Positions 1 to 10,422 of a stretch of DNA of 64,000 bases are shown piece after piece. Under the pieces are notes generated by a model, which saw only the letters and a list, made by a program, of their open reading frames with translations, did no database searches and was not told the DNA's origin. Origin of the DNA: Limisalsivibrio acetivorans (GTDB taxonomy: Bacteria; Chrysiogenota; Deferribacteres; Deferribacterales; Geovibrionaceae); NCBI RefSeq assembly GCF_000421105.1, contig NZ_ATWF01000001.1:404930-468929 (forward strand). Reading direction: 5' to 3'. The position numbers and the translations under genes are program-made. Each line of letters opens with the position of its first letter. Within the stretch, counting starts at the first letter, position 1.

Positions 1-728
1 TCGCCTCCTTTCTGGATGAGGGGAGCATCTCATATTTATACTATGCGGACAGGATCTTTCAGCTCCCCTTAGGCATGTTTGCCATAGCCGTGGGTTCGGT
101 GACGCTTACGGAGATAAGCAGGGCAAACACCGATGGAGACGCCATCCGCAGGGGGGATCTGATAGATAAAGGGGTAATGGCCATATTCCTTATTATTATC
201 CCCGCTGCACTCGGGCTTATACTTGTGGGAGCTCCCGTTGTGGAGGTTGTGTACGCCAGGCGAGAATTCGACAATGCGGATCTTTATGGAACCGCCCAGG
301 CGCTTGTAATGTTCTGTATCGGTATGCTCTTTTTTTCCTACACAAGCCTCTTCAGCAAGGTGTTCTTCTCTGAGAAGGATATGAAAACCCCCGTCAAGGG
401 AGCTCTTGCCGGATTGATAGTGTATATAATTGCCAATGCGCTCTTCATCAAGCCCTTCGGCCATGCGGGCATTGCCCTCGCTTCTGCCTGCTCCGCCATA
501 ACAAACACCTGCTTCCTTTATGTACGTCTGAGGGATTACAGGTTTGACTTTGGAAGGAATGCCGGCACGCTGATAAGGATCGTCCTCTCAGCCGCAATCA
601 TGTGTGCCGTTCTTCTTGTATCGGATAAAAGCGGTCTTCATGTCTTGATAACTATTCCCCTTTGCGTTATTGTCTATTTTGTCGCCCTTAGAGGGGCGGG
701 AATAAGGATAAGGACGCTTCTGCGATGA
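1..728 (+). CDS. murJ: Lipid II flippase MurJ (MviN), C-terminal part; the gene runs off the 5' edge of the window (SYLYYADRIFQLPLG motif is in frame from position 3)
   Basis: ORF 75..728 and the upstream in-frame sequence match the MurJ C-terminal transmembrane region; there is no start codon inside the window. Confidence 0.8.
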   Translation, partial: ASFLDEGSISYLYYADRIFQLPLGMFAIAVGSVTLTEISRANTDGDAIRRGDLIDKGVMAIFLIIIPAALGLILVGAPVVEVVYARREFDNADLYGTAQALVMFCIGMLFFSYTSLFSKVFFSEKDMKTPVKGALAGLIVYIIANALFIKPFGHAGIALASACSAITNTCFLYVRLRDYRFDFGRNAGTLIRIVLSAAIMCAVLLVSDKSGLHVLITIPLCVIVYFVALRGAGIRIRTLLR

Positions 729-1171
729 AACTTTGTATACAGCGTGTCTCCTCCGCCTTTGTTAAAGTGAACGGGGAGAGTGTTTCTGAGATAGATAAAG
801 GTTTGCTGATCCTCTTCGGGGCGGAAGAGGGTGATCGTGATGAGTATATCGACTACCTTGCACGCAAGGCATGCGGACTTCGTATATTCGAGCGTGACGG
901 CAAGATGAACGACTCCGTCAAAGATATTGACGGTGAGGTTATCGTTGTAAGCCAGTTTACCCTTGCAGGCAAGGCTGATAAAGGGCTCAGGCCCGATTTC
1001 ACAAACGCCCTCGAACCCGTTGAGGCGGAACGGATGTATGAGCTTTTTCTGGATAGGTGCAGAGCGGAGCTTGGAATGAACAAAGTGGGCTCTGGAGTGT
1101 TCAGAGAATATATGGAGGTCGGTCTTGTGAACGACGGCCCCGTTACGATAATACTTGAAAAGAAGGAGTAG
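725..1171 (+). CDS. dtd: D-aminoacyl-tRNA deacylase
   Basis: 148 aa, SQFTL motif, GLRPDF region; 4-bp overlap with murJ stop. Confidence 0.9.
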   Translation: MKLCIQRVSSAFVKVNGESVSEIDKGLLILFGAEEGDRDEYIDYLARKACGLRIFERDGKMNDSVKDIDGEVIVVSQFTLAGKADKGLRPDFTNALEPVEAERMYELFLDRCRAELGMNKVGSGVFREYMEVGLVNDGPVTIILEKKE

Positions 1172-1173
1172 TA

Positions 1174-1794
1174 ATGCGTATAGAAACTGTTATTCTTCAG
1201 CCGCTTTCGGTGAACTGCTACCTTATAGTCTCCGATGACAAAGAGGCCCTCATAGTTGACCCCGGCGGTGAGCCCGAGCGGGTTGCGGCAAAGATCGAAG
1301 AGCTTGGTGTTAAGCCTGTGGGGATAATAAACACCCATGGCCATTTTGATCACATAGGAGGAGTAACCGAACTGAAGAACAGGTACGGGATTCCATTTTC
1401 AATACATAAGGATGATGATTTTCTTCTTACCCAGTCTGTGGACCATGCAGCAAAGTTCGGTTTCCCGAGGATAGACCCTCCGAAGGCGGAGAGACTTCTT
1501 TCAGACGGCGACAAAATAGAGTTCGGCGGCGAAGAGATAGAGGTTATACACACACCCGGACACACGCCCGGCGGTGTAAGCTTATACATACCGGCAATAA
1601 AAACAGCCATTACCGGAGATACGCTCTTCCGTGAGGCTGTGGGACGGAGTGATTTCCCCTATGCAGAGCATGAAACACTTATCAAGAGCGTTAAGGAGAG
1701 ACTCCTTGTTCTTCCGGACGAGACAAAGGTGCTCCCCGGGCATGACATACCCAGCACAATCGGGCATGAGAAGAAGTGGAACCCCTTTACTTGA
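1174..1794 (+). CDS. MBL-fold metallo-hydrolase (glyoxalase II-like)
   Basis: 206 aa with HxHxDH motif (NTHGHFDHIGG). Confidence 0.8.
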   Translation: MRIETVILQPLSVNCYLIVSDDKEALIVDPGGEPERVAAKIEELGVKPVGIINTHGHFDHIGGVTELKNRYGIPFSIHKDDDFLLTQSVDHAAKFGFPRIDPPKAERLLSDGDKIEFGGEEIEVIHTPGHTPGGVSLYIPAIKTAITGDTLFREAVGRSDFPYAEHETLIKSVKERLLVLPDETKVLPGHDIPSTIGHEKKWNPFT

Positions 1795-1877
1795 TCGCAT
1801 AAGCTATGGAGAATTAAGGTATTTTCTCCTGCGGGCGGCTAGTTGACTTATGACAGGAATATGTTAATATATATCAG

Positions 1878-2489
1878 ATGAAATCATTACTTGTGGACAC
1901 ATCAGGTGACAGGCTTTCAGTGTCTCTAGGCATAAGGGGAGAGAGGGTAGACTCCGGTATTTCCGTTGCGGCGGATTCTAGTATCAACGAAAACCTTCTT
2001 AAATCAATAGATTATCTATTATCCAGTTCCTCTACGACCCTTGACGGCATTGAAAGCTTTTATGTTGTTACGGGGCCGGGTTCCTTTACGGGAATACGGA
2101 TCGGTGTTTCCACAGTTCTGGGGCTTGCCGCTGGTTTGGGCAAGGTTCCCATGGGCATATCCTCCCTTGATGCCTATGCCCTTTTGAAGGGCGAGGGGAG
2201 TTTCGTTGTATATGCCAAGCTCAGGGGAAAGAACTGCCTCCGAAAGAGTTACGATTTTGATAATAATGAATTTTCCGGATACGAGCAGGTTAAGCTGGAG
2301 GATGAATCCGAGGCTGAGCACAGGGTTAACTGGAACCAGAAGAGCACGGTTAATCTGAGCGAAGCACTGGCATCCCCGCTGTTTGAGAACTTTCTTACGG
2401 AATATGCACCCCTCTACTTCAGAAAGTCGGAGGCGGAGATAAACTTTGATAAGAGACGCAGCCTGCAGGGATCTGGAACAAGTTTGTGA
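1878..2489 (+). CDS. tsaB: tRNA threonylcarbamoyladenosine biosynthesis protein TsaB (YeaZ)
   Basis: 203 aa; N-terminal MKSLLVDTSGDRLSVSLG and GPGSFTGIRIG motif typical of inactive Kae1 paralog. Confidence 0.75.
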   Translation: MKSLLVDTSGDRLSVSLGIRGERVDSGISVAADSSINENLLKSIDYLLSSSSTTLDGIESFYVVTGPGSFTGIRIGVSTVLGLAAGLGKVPMGISSLDAYALLKGEGSFVVYAKLRGKNCLRKSYDFDNNEFSGYEQVKLEDESEAEHRVNWNQKSTVNLSEALASPLFENFLTEYAPLYFRKSEAEINFDKRRSLQGSGTSL

Positions 2490-2901
2490 TATAGAAAAGG
2501 CCTCCTTTCCGAAGCCTTGGAGCAGGGAAAGCTTTCTCGCCGAGATCGAGCGCGAACGGGGCATCTTCAAGGTTTTGGAGATAGAAGGAAGGGTGGCAGG
2601 TTACTTTGTTATATGGACGGTTCTGGACGAAGCGGAGCTTGCAAACATCGCCGTTTCACCTGAACATAGAGGCAGAGGGCTCGGAAAGCTCCTGCTCGCA
2701 AATGCCGTGGCTTCGGCGAAGGACGCTAAGGAGGTGTTTCTTGAGGTTGCTGTTGAAAACAGGCCGGCAATTCTCCTCTATGAGTCTTACGGGTTTAAAA
2801 AAGTAGGTCTGATCAGGAGCTACTACGGCCAGGGTAAGGATGCAAATATTATGAAGTTCAGCATTGAGGAAGAGGTGAATGATGTTGAAAACAGACTCTA
2901 A
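2446..2901 (+). CDS. rimI: Ribosomal-protein-alanine N-acetyltransferase
   Basis: 151 aa GNAT with RGRGLGKLLL motif, adjacent to tsaB as in many bacteria. Confidence 0.8.
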   Translation: MIRDAACRDLEQVCDIEKASFPKPWSRESFLAEIERERGIFKVLEIEGRVAGYFVIWTVLDEAELANIAVSPEHRGRGLGKLLLANAVASAKDAKEVFLEVAVENRPAILLYESYGFKKVGLIRSYYGQGKDANIMKFSIEEEVNDVENRL

Positions 2902-3121
2902 TCTTATCGAGAATATCAAAGAGCAGAACAGCGAGTTTAAGGTCTTGTTCGAAGAGCATGTAAGACTCGAGCAGGATCTCGAAGCCCTTCTTAGCCTTAA
3001 ATACTACCCCCCCGAAGTCGAAGCTAAAATCAAAGAGATAAAGAAGAAGAAACTTGCAGGAAAGGACAAGATGGAGAGGATTGCGGCGGACTACCAAGGC
3101 GATGTCTCCGAGAATAACTAG
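2879..3121 (+). CDS. DUF465 (YdcH-like) small protein
   Basis: 80 aa, HVRLEQDLEAL coiled segment typical of DUF465. Confidence 0.55.
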   Translation: MMLKTDSNLIENIKEQNSEFKVLFEEHVRLEQDLEALLSLKYYPPEVEAKIKEIKKKKLAGKDKMERIAADYQGDVSENN

Positions 3122-3145
3122 TAAATATTATTCCAGAGGGTAAGG

Positions 3146-4288
3146 ATGGATCAGAAGAAATACGTTTTTACTTCCGAATCAGTTACGGAAGGGCACCCCG
3201 ACAAGATTGCAGACCAGATATCAGATGCTATTCTTGACGCCATGCTCGCCGACGATCCCTACAGCAGGGTCGCCTGCGAAACAATGGTAACCACCGGTCT
3301 TTGTGTCATCGCCGGCGAGATAACCACCAGAACCTATGTAGACATACCCGGTGTCGTAAGGGACACCATCAAGGATATCGGCTATACAAGAGCCAAGTAC
3401 GGGTTCGATTACGAAACTTGCGGAGTTATGGTCTCCATAGACAAGCAGTCCGCAGATATCGCCATGGGTGTTGACACTGGCGGAGCCGGTGATCAGGGTC
3501 TTATGTTCGGTTTCGCATGCGATGAGACTGAAGAGCTTATGCCCCTCCCCATAACCCTTGCCCACAAGCTTACCATGCAGCTTTCCGAGGTTCGCAAAAA
3601 GGATATTCTCCCCTATCTGCGTCCCGACGGCAAGGCTCAGGTTACAGTTGAATACGACGGCGACAAGCCCACAAGGGTGGATACAGTAGTTATCTCCACC
3701 CAGCACTCCGAAGAGATCAAGCTTCAGGATCTTCGTGAGGACATCATTGAGAAGGTTATCAAGCCCGTTATACCGGCTGATCTCCTTGATCCTGAGAATA
3801 TCACATACCATATAAACCCCACTGGACGCTTCGTTGTGGGCGGCCCCATGGGTGACTGCGGCCTTACGGGACGTAAGATCATCGTAGATACCTACGGCGG
3901 TTCCGGACGTCACGGCGGAGGAGCATTCAGCGGTAAGGACCCCTCCAAGGTGGACAGAAGCGCAGCTTACGCCGCCAGATGGGTGGCTAAGAACATCGTT
4001 GCTGCAGGTCTTGCCAAGAAGTGCGAGATACAGCTTGCCTATGCCATCGGTGTTGTGGAGCCTGTTTCCATCAATGTTAAGACCTTCGGCACAAGCACAG
4101 TGGACGAGGTTGTTATTGAGGATGCGGTGGAGAAGGTCTTTGACCTCACTCCCAAGGGGATCATGGATTCCCTCGATCTCCGTAAACCCATTTACAGGAA
4201 AGCCGCCGCCTACGGACATTTCGGTAGACCCGAGTTCCCGTGGGAGAAGACTAATATGGTGGACGAACTTAAAAAGGCTATTGGTTAA
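3146..4288 (+). CDS. metK: S-adenosylmethionine synthetase
   Basis: 380 aa; [20 protein letters not shown] motifs. Confidence 0.95.
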   Translation: MDQKKYVFTSESVTEGHPDKIADQISDAILDAMLADDPYSRVACETMVTTGLCVIAGEITTRTYVDIPGVVRDTIKDIGYTRAKYGFDYETCGVMVSIDKQSADIAMGVDTGGAGDQGLMFGFACDETEELMPLPITLAHKLTMQLSEVRKKDILPYLRPDGKAQVTVEYDGDKPTRVDTVVISTQHSEEIKLQDLREDIIEKVIKPVIPADLLDPENITYHINPTGRFVVGGPMGDCGLTGRKIIVDTYGGSGRHGGGAFSGKDPSKVDRSAAYAARWVAKNIVAAGLAKKCEIQLAYAIGVVEPVSINVKTFGTSTVDEVVIEDAVEKVFDLTPKGIMDSLDLRKPIYRKAAAYGHFGRPEFPWEKTNMVDELKKAIG

Positions 4289-4301
4289 TAAACGTCTTAT
4301 G

Positions 4302-4336
4302 CCCCGGCCCATGCTGGTCGGGGTGTTTCTTTTCGA
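4302..4336 (+). terminator. Putative intrinsic terminator after metK
   Basis: ccccg...cgggg stem followed by tgtttcttttcg. Confidence 0.4.
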
Positions 4337-4405
4337 TAATTTTCTGGAAATATAATTCCCCCCAGTGTAGATTGAACCCGATAATATAATTTAAGAGGTA
4401 TTGTA

Positions 4406-5824
4406 ATGAGTGAAACAGGAACTGCAGATTACAAGATCAGGGATATTTCTCTGGCTGAATACGGCAGAAAAGAGATAGATATAGCAGAGCATGAGATGCC
4501 CGGACTTATGTCCGTGCGTGAGAAATACGCTGGCGAGAAGCCGCTCAAGGGTGTGCGCATCTCCGGTTCACTTCATATGACCATCCAGACGGCTGTTCTC
4601 ATTGAAACACTTGTGGAACTCGGTGCGGATGTACGCTGGTGCAGCTGTAATATCTTTTCCACTCAGGACCACGCCGCAGCCGCTATCGCAGAGGCGGGTG
4701 TACCTGTATTCGCATGGAAGGGTGAAACCCTCGAGGAGTACTGGTGGTGTACAGAGCAGGCTCTCAGCTTCCCCGGAGGTAAAGGACCCCAACTCATCGT
4801 GGATGACGGCGGCGACGCCACACTTATGATCCACATCGGGTTCAAGGCGGAAAAGGATGCTTCTGTCCTCGATGCAGTACCCGGCGGTGAGGATGAAAAG
4901 CTTCTCTATGGCAAGCTTAAGGAGATATTGGCCGCAGACCCCGAGAAATGGCACAGAACCGTTGAGGAATGGAGAGGTGTCTCCGAGGAGACAACCACAG
5001 GCGTTCACAGGCTCTATCATATGATGGAGAAGGGCGAGCTCCTCGTTCCCGCTGTAAACGTGAACGACTCCGTTACAAAGTCCAAGTTCGACAACCTCTA
5101 CGGGTGCCGTGAATCCCTCATCGACGGAATCAAGCGTGCCACAGATGTTATGATAGGCGGCAAGGTAGCCGTTGTATGCGGTTACGGCGATGTGGGCAAA
5201 GGCTCCGCACAGTCGCTCAGAGGGCAGGGTGCAAGGGTTATCGTAACCGAGATCGACCCCATCTGCGCACTGCAGGCATCCATGGAAGGGTATCAGGTTG
5301 CACCACTTGAGGACACTCTGGGCATCGGTGATATCTACGTGACCACAACAGGAAACAAGGACGTAATCCGCATCGAGCATATGGAGAAGATGAAGGATCA
5401 GGCCATCGTCTGCAACATCGGCCACTTCGATAATGAAATTCAGGTTGAAAAGCTTGAAAACTTTCCCGGCATAAAGAAATTAAACATAAAACCTCAAGTA
5501 GATAAGTACATATTCCCCAACGGCAATGAGATATTCCTCCTCGCCGAGGGAAGGCTTGTGAACCTTGGCTGTGCAACCGGGCACCCCTCGTTTGTTATGT
5601 CCAACTCCTTCGCAAACCAGACCCTCGCCCAGATCGATCTCTGGGAGAAGAGGGATCAGTACAAGCCCGGCGTGTATATGCTTCCCAAGTACCTCGATGA
5701 AGAGGTGGCAAGGCTCCATCTTGAAAAGATAGGTGTTAAGCTCACTACGCTTACCCAGGAGCAGGCGGACTACATAGGGGTAGCCGTAGACGGACCCTAT
5801 AAACCGGAGCATTACAGATACTGA
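4406..5824 (+). CDS. ahcY: Adenosylhomocysteinase
   Basis: 472 aa, NAD-binding GYGDVGKG, conserved SAHH core. Confidence 0.95.
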   Translation: MSETGTADYKIRDISLAEYGRKEIDIAEHEMPGLMSVREKYAGEKPLKGVRISGSLHMTIQTAVLIETLVELGADVRWCSCNIFSTQDHAAAAIAEAGVPVFAWKGETLEEYWWCTEQALSFPGGKGPQLIVDDGGDATLMIHIGFKAEKDASVLDAVPGGEDEKLLYGKLKEILAADPEKWHRTVEEWRGVSEETTTGVHRLYHMMEKGELLVPAVNVNDSVTKSKFDNLYGCRESLIDGIKRATDVMIGGKVAVVCGYGDVGKGSAQSLRGQGARVIVTEIDPICALQASMEGYQVAPLEDTLGIGDIYVTTTGNKDVIRIEHMEKMKDQAIVCNIGHFDNEIQVEKLENFPGIKKLNIKPQVDKYIFPNGNEIFLLAEGRLVNLGCATGHPSFVMSNSFANQTLAQIDLWEKRDQYKPGVYMLPKYLDEEVARLHLEKIGVKLTTLTQEQADYIGVAVDGPYKPEHYRY

Positions 5825-7200
5825 TGAGCACCGCAGAAGAGCAGAGAACGAGGGTAACGGTTATCGGTGCAGGACCCGCAGGGGTACACTGCGCCGGAAG
5901 CCTTGCCTCGAAAGGCTTTGATGTAACTATCATCGACAGGGAGATAGGGGGGAACTACTGCCGTGCAGGGAGTGTTATATCCAACGCTCTCCTCTATCTC
6001 ACACGCCTTTACAGTCGCTTTAGCGACAAGGGGAAGAATTTTACCAAGCACGAAGGTGATGCTGAGTTCTCCTTTGACCTGAAAAAAGCTTCAAAGTATA
6101 TCGAGCAGGTAGTCACCAAACTGCGTAAAACCTTTGCCGAGGATCTTGAAGAGAAGAGTATAAAATTCCTCTATGGCAGTGCAAGATTCTCCGGTAAAAA
6201 CAGCATAACAGTCACCACCGTTGAGGGTGAGATCGAGCACGAGTTCGATTACTGTGTCATCGCCACAGGATCCTGTGAGAGAGACCCCGGCTTCACTTCT
6301 TCCAAAAAGTTTATGACTATCCAGAGTTTTCTCGAAAATGGAGTTATCCCGAGCAGCGTAACCGTTGTCGGGGGCGGATTTGTCGGATGCGAGTTCGCAA
6401 CCATCTTCCGAAGGATAGGGTGTGAGGTGAATATCATCGAGTGCAGGGAAAATATCCTGAACGAGATGGACACCCAGATAGCAAAGAAATTCGAGGAAAA
6501 ACTCAAGAAATGCCGGATTAACGTGGTTAAGCAGACCCGCATAGTGAATGTGGAGAAGGTGGGTAACAAATCTATCATATTCCTTGAAAACGGGCAGAAG
6601 CTCGAGAGTGAGGAGATCTTCACCGCAGTGGGCAGAAAGCCCTGTCTGGACGGTCTTAACATCAATACGGCGGGAATCAAGCTCCTTGAGGACGGCTCGG
6701 TAAAGCTCACCAAAAAGCTGAAAACCACTGCAAAGAATATCTATGTCGTGGGTGATGCCGCCGCCGATGAGATGCTTGTGAACTGGGCATACCGCTCTGC
6801 GGATATAGTTTCAGAAGAGATTGCGGGGACCGGTGCAAGGGTTTCCGTCTCTGATATGCCCAAGGTACTTTATCTGGATCCTGAGATCTCCCGTATCGGC
6901 ATCACCGAGGAACAGGCCAAGGAGAAGGGTATTGATTACTCTGTAATTAAATACAACTACTCAGACCTTGAAAAGTCCCTCATACAGGGCGCACAGAAAG
7001 GCTATATGAAGGTTGTTTACGATAAGAAGACCAGAAAGATCCACGGTTGCCACGTTATAGGCGAGGGTGCATCACACATCGCCACCATGTTCTCCATCAT
7101 TATGCAGTCCGGCATAACCATTGACAAGATCTCCACCTATGTTTTCAATCATCCCACCTATGCCGAGGTTCTTAGCGATATTGCGAGTAAGGTAAAATGA
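5824..7200 (+). CDS. FAD/NAD(P)-dependent pyridine nucleotide-disulfide oxidoreductase family protein, SthA-like (single active-site Cys)
   Basis: 458 aa; GAGPAG dinucleotide fold; GGNYCRAGS in place of the usual CxxxxC; C-terminal dimerisation region resembles soluble transhydrogenase; TGATG overlap with ahcY. Confidence 0.7.
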   Translation: MSTAEEQRTRVTVIGAGPAGVHCAGSLASKGFDVTIIDREIGGNYCRAGSVISNALLYLTRLYSRFSDKGKNFTKHEGDAEFSFDLKKASKYIEQVVTKLRKTFAEDLEEKSIKFLYGSARFSGKNSITVTTVEGEIEHEFDYCVIATGSCERDPGFTSSKKFMTIQSFLENGVIPSSVTVVGGGFVGCEFATIFRRIGCEVNIIECRENILNEMDTQIAKKFEEKLKKCRINVVKQTRIVNVEKVGNKSIIFLENGQKLESEEIFTAVGRKPCLDGLNINTAGIKLLEDGSVKLTKKLKTTAKNIYVVGDAAADEMLVNWAYRSADIVSEEIAGTGARVSVSDMPKVLYLDPEISRIGITEEQAKEKGIDYSVIKYNYSDLEKSLIQGAQKGYMKVVYDKKTRKIHGCHVIGEGASHIATMFSIIMQSGITIDKISTYVFNHPTYAEVLSDIASKVK

Positions 7201-7946
7201 GAAGGGTTTACAGCTTTTTCTTCTGGATATTTCTGGGACTTTTCACAGCAATGCTCGTGATAGTCGGCTATCCGAAATCCAAGCTTACAAAGGACCCCCA
7301 CGCATATAAGAAGCTCAGCGCAGTCTGGGCGGGTGGGCTCATGCGCATGCTCGGCATAAAGCTGGATGTGGAAGGGCTTGAGAAGCTGGACAGAAACGAG
7401 CATTACGTTTTCATGGGCAACCATATCAGCTACGTTGATATATTCGTTATGCTCAACCTGTTTAAGGACAGGCCGTTCCTCTTCATGGCGAAGAAGGAGC
7501 TTTTCTCCATCCCCTTCTTCGGCTACGCCATCCGCCATATAGGGATGATCCCCATCGAGCGTGAGGACAAGAAGGACGGCATCAAAAGCCTGCTTACGGC
7601 GGCCAAGAAGATAAGCGAAGGCTACTCTGTTCTCCTTTTCCCCGAAGGGACAAGGTCCGAGGACGGCCAGCTCGGTAACTTCAAGAGAGGGGCTTTTCTT
7701 CTGGCAAACAGAACAGGAAACCGTATCGCTCCCTTCATTCTCAGGGGGACAAACGAAGCCATGCCCAAGAAGGGCTGGCTTGTTAAGCCCTTTGTAAATG
7801 TACATCTTAAGTTTATGGACCCCATCAACCCCGAAGGGATGAAGGATAAGGAACTCATGCAGACCGTCAGGGAGGCTATGCTTGAAGAACTCGGCCAATC
7901 GGATAGTACTCGGACTGGGGAGCAATCTGGGGAGCAAGGCGCATAA
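7197..7946 (+). CDS. plsC: 1-acyl-sn-glycerol-3-phosphate acyltransferase
   Basis: 249 aa, HX4D (NHISYVD) and FPEGTRS motifs. Confidence 0.8.
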   Translation: MRRVYSFFFWIFLGLFTAMLVIVGYPKSKLTKDPHAYKKLSAVWAGGLMRMLGIKLDVEGLEKLDRNEHYVFMGNHISYVDIFVMLNLFKDRPFLFMAKKELFSIPFFGYAIRHIGMIPIEREDKKDGIKSLLTAAKKISEGYSVLLFPEGTRSEDGQLGNFKRGAFLLANRTGNRIAPFILRGTNEAMPKKGWLVKPFVNVHLKFMDPINPEGMKDKELMQTVREAMLEELGQSDSTRTGEQSGEQGA

Positions 7947-8388
7947 CCTTCTTTATGGGGTGAAATCACTTCATCCTTTAGTAAAGGTATTGGCTGTATC
8001 TTCCGTTTATACAACAAAATCTCTTCTTCGTGATGCCCAGGACAGATACTTTAACATCTGCGCACTCTGCACAACGGAACTCGACCCGCTGATGCTACTT
8101 GATTACGTAAAGAGCATCGAGAAACGGGCGGGGAGAACCCCGTCACCACGATGGCACAGCAGGATCCTGGATATCGACATCATAGATTACAACCGCTCAG
8201 TATATTCCTTCGACAACCTCGAAATACCTCATCCGGAGATGGATAAGCGAAGCTTTGTTCTATATCCGATGCTGGATATTCTTCCCGATTACACCCACCC
8301 TGTGAGTTGCAGAACCCTGACCGAAATGGTAAAATTAATTGATGACAAACTGGAAATCCAAAAAGCGGGGGAATTGGCATGGCGGTGA
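7882..8388 (+). CDS. folK: 2-amino-4-hydroxy-6-hydroxymethyldihydropteridine pyrophosphokinase
   Basis: 168 aa, GLGSNLG N-terminus and HPK core. Confidence 0.85.
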   Translation: MKNSANRIVLGLGSNLGSKAHNLLYGVKSLHPLVKVLAVSSVYTTKSLLRDAQDRYFNICALCTTELDPLMLLDYVKSIEKRAGRTPSPRWHSRILDIDIIDYNRSVYSFDNLEIPHPEMDKRSFVLYPMLDILPDYTHPVSCRTLTEMVKLIDDKLEIQKAGELAWR

Positions 8389-9083
8389 TTACCATATCAA
8401 GACAGTTCGGATGCGGTGGTGAGTATGTGGCGGAAAGGGTGGCTGAGAAGCTCGGTTTCCGCTTTATGCATAAAGAGCTCATTAAGTACATAGCCATACT
8501 CATGGAGACCGACGAGGAGAAGGTCAAAAAATTCGATGAGGAACATCACTCAAGCGCCAGATCATTCTTCAGCAAGTTTATTGATACAGAGCTGTTCAGC
8601 GATATGATGAACGATGTTTCCGAAAAGGATAGAAAAGAGGCGGCAAAGGCCATTGAGCACAACGATCCCGTATCCTTCTTCGATGTATACTCCAAGCCCG
8701 ATGTGATGTTCGACAGCACCAGCTTTAACAAGGTCGCAGATATGATAATCCGAAAACTGGCCGATGAGACGAACTGCGTGATCATGGGAAGGGGAGGGCA
8801 GTGTGTTCTGGCGGATCATGAGAATGCTTTACACCTGAGGCTCATCGCTCCCTTTGAGGACAGGGTCACTTGGGTGAAGAACAGGGAGAAGGTAGGAAAA
8901 AGCGATGCTGTCCAACTTGTAAAGGATGTTGACAAACGTAAGCGGAACTACATAAAGCATTACTATAACGCAGACATTGACGATTATCATATATACCACG
9001 CCATACTAAATATGAAGAAGCTCGACATTGAGCAAACGGCGCTTTCCATTGCAGAAACGGCAAAAATCAAGTTCAAGCTGTAA
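8379..9083 (+). CDS. Cytidylate kinase-like family protein
   Basis: 234 aa, ISRQFGCGG P-loop-like N-terminus typical of the cytidylate kinase-like family. Confidence 0.6.
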   Translation: MAVITISRQFGCGGEYVAERVAEKLGFRFMHKELIKYIAILMETDEEKVKKFDEEHHSSARSFFSKFIDTELFSDMMNDVSEKDRKEAAKAIEHNDPVSFFDVYSKPDVMFDSTSFNKVADMIIRKLADETNCVIMGRGGQCVLADHENALHLRLIAPFEDRVTWVKNREKVGKSDAVQLVKDVDKRKRNYIKHYYNADIDDYHIYHAILNMKKLDIEQTALSIAETAKIKFKL

Positions 9084-9136
9084 GCCCGCAGGGAAGTTGT
9101 TGACTGCCGGGCATAATTGGAATATACCTAATCCAA

Positions 9137-10411
9137 TTGTGTTCGGAGGTAGTTTTGTACAGAAAGGTCAAAGGATTCAGGGATATTTTCGGTTCCGAAG
9201 CCGCCGCCTGGGAAAGGGTTGAGCGAGCCTTCAGGGATACTTTCCATACATTCAGCTTTTCAGAGTTTGTCCTCCCAGTGCTCGAACGCACAGAGGTTTT
9301 CAACAGAGGAATAGGCTCCACCACAGACATCGTAGAGAAGGAGATGTTTGCCTTCGAGGACAGGGACGGCACACAGGTTGCCCTCCGCCCCGAAGGAACC
9401 GCATCCATCGTCCGTGCATATGTTGAGAACAAGCTCTTCAACCCCCCGGAAGTAAAGAAATACTTCTATATGGGACCCATGTTCCGCAGGGAAAGGCCCC
9501 AAAAGGGTCGCTTCCGCCAGTTCTTTCAGGCAGGCGTTGAGGTATTCGGAACATCGGCACCCGCCCTTGATGCTGAGGTTATCCATCTCCTCGACACCCT
9601 TGCGGTAAACGCAGGCATAGGGGATATGGTGACCATGGAGATCAATTCCATCGGATGCCCTGCATGCAGGCCGGGCTATCAGGAGAAGCTCCTTAACTAT
9701 CTGCGGGAGCACAGCTCAGAGCTCTGCGAGGACTGTGTCCGCAGGCTCGACAGAAACCCCATGCGGATCCTCGACTGCAAGAACGAGAAGTGCAAGGGTG
9801 TTACATCCGAAGCTCCTGTGATGCTCGACCACCTTTGCGGCGACTGCGTTGAGCACTTCGACAATGTAAAAGAGTATCTGGATGATTTCGGCGTGGAATA
9901 TTCCGTCAATAAGATGATGGTTCGGGGGCTCGACTATTACGTCCGCACAGCCTTTGAGATGGTCACTACAAGCCTCGGCTCCCAGAATGCCGTAGGGGCA
10001 GGGGGGAGATACGACGGCCTCGTAAAACTCCTCGGAGGGCCTGAGATACCGGGTATAGGCTTCGCCCTCGGCATAGACCGTTTCGTATCGCTCCTTATGC
10101 TTAAGGAAGAGGTAGAGGAGCAGAAGGCGGACGTTTTCGTTATCGCCTTCAAGGATGTTTCAGACAGAAAAGCTGTTCAGCTTCTCCGCTGGTTCAGGGA
10201 GAAGGGGATAAAGACCCTCATGGATTACGACATGCGGGCGATGAAGAAACAGATGAAAAAAGCTGACCAGAGCGGTGCACGCTTCACACTTATCCTCGGC
10301 GAGGATGAGCTTGAAAAGGGAGAGGTGTCTGTTAAGGACATGCATTCCGGCGGGCAGGAACTGGTTCAGATAGATAAAATAACAGACTATATTTCCGATA
10401 AACTCGGCTAA
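9137..10411 (+). CDS. hisS: Histidine--tRNA ligase (true start possibly TTG at 9153, which has a GGAGG RBS)
   Basis: 424 aa class II aaRS, motifs 1-3, HisRS anticodon-binding domain. Confidence 0.9.
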   Translation: MCSEVVLYRKVKGFRDIFGSEAAAWERVERAFRDTFHTFSFSEFVLPVLERTEVFNRGIGSTTDIVEKEMFAFEDRDGTQVALRPEGTASIVRAYVENKLFNPPEVKKYFYMGPMFRRERPQKGRFRQFFQAGVEVFGTSAPALDAEVIHLLDTLAVNAGIGDMVTMEINSIGCPACRPGYQEKLLNYLREHSSELCEDCVRRLDRNPMRILDCKNEKCKGVTSEAPVMLDHLCGDCVEHFDNVKEYLDDFGVEYSVNKMMVRGLDYYVRTAFEMVTTSLGSQNAVGAGGRYDGLVKLLGGPEIPGIGFALGIDRFVSLLMLKEEVEEQKADVFVIAFKDVSDRKAVQLLRWFREKGIKTLMDYDMRAMKKQMKKADQSGARFTLILGEDELEKGEVSVKDMHSGGQELVQIDKITDYISDKLG

Positions 10412-10422
10412 AGGAGGATATC

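Noticed and set aside
3098-3145. SAM riboswitch upstream of metK and SAH riboswitch upstream of ahcY (4289-4405)
   Set aside because: The gaps are too short (25 nt) or consist only of a terminator plus promoter-like AT-rich DNA. No conserved riboswitch cores were seen.
3221-4312. Long antisense ORFs opposite metK, and similarly opposite ahcY, plsC, aspS, the ABC-F genes, the alkaline phosphatase genes (24020..25180), acnA, coaBC, pyrC, mlaD, ptsP and carB
   Set aside because: Each lies fully inside a strongly supported gene on the other strand. The proteins are low-complexity (S/L/R-rich) with no motifs. They are typical frame-shadow ORFs of moderately GC-rich coding DNA.
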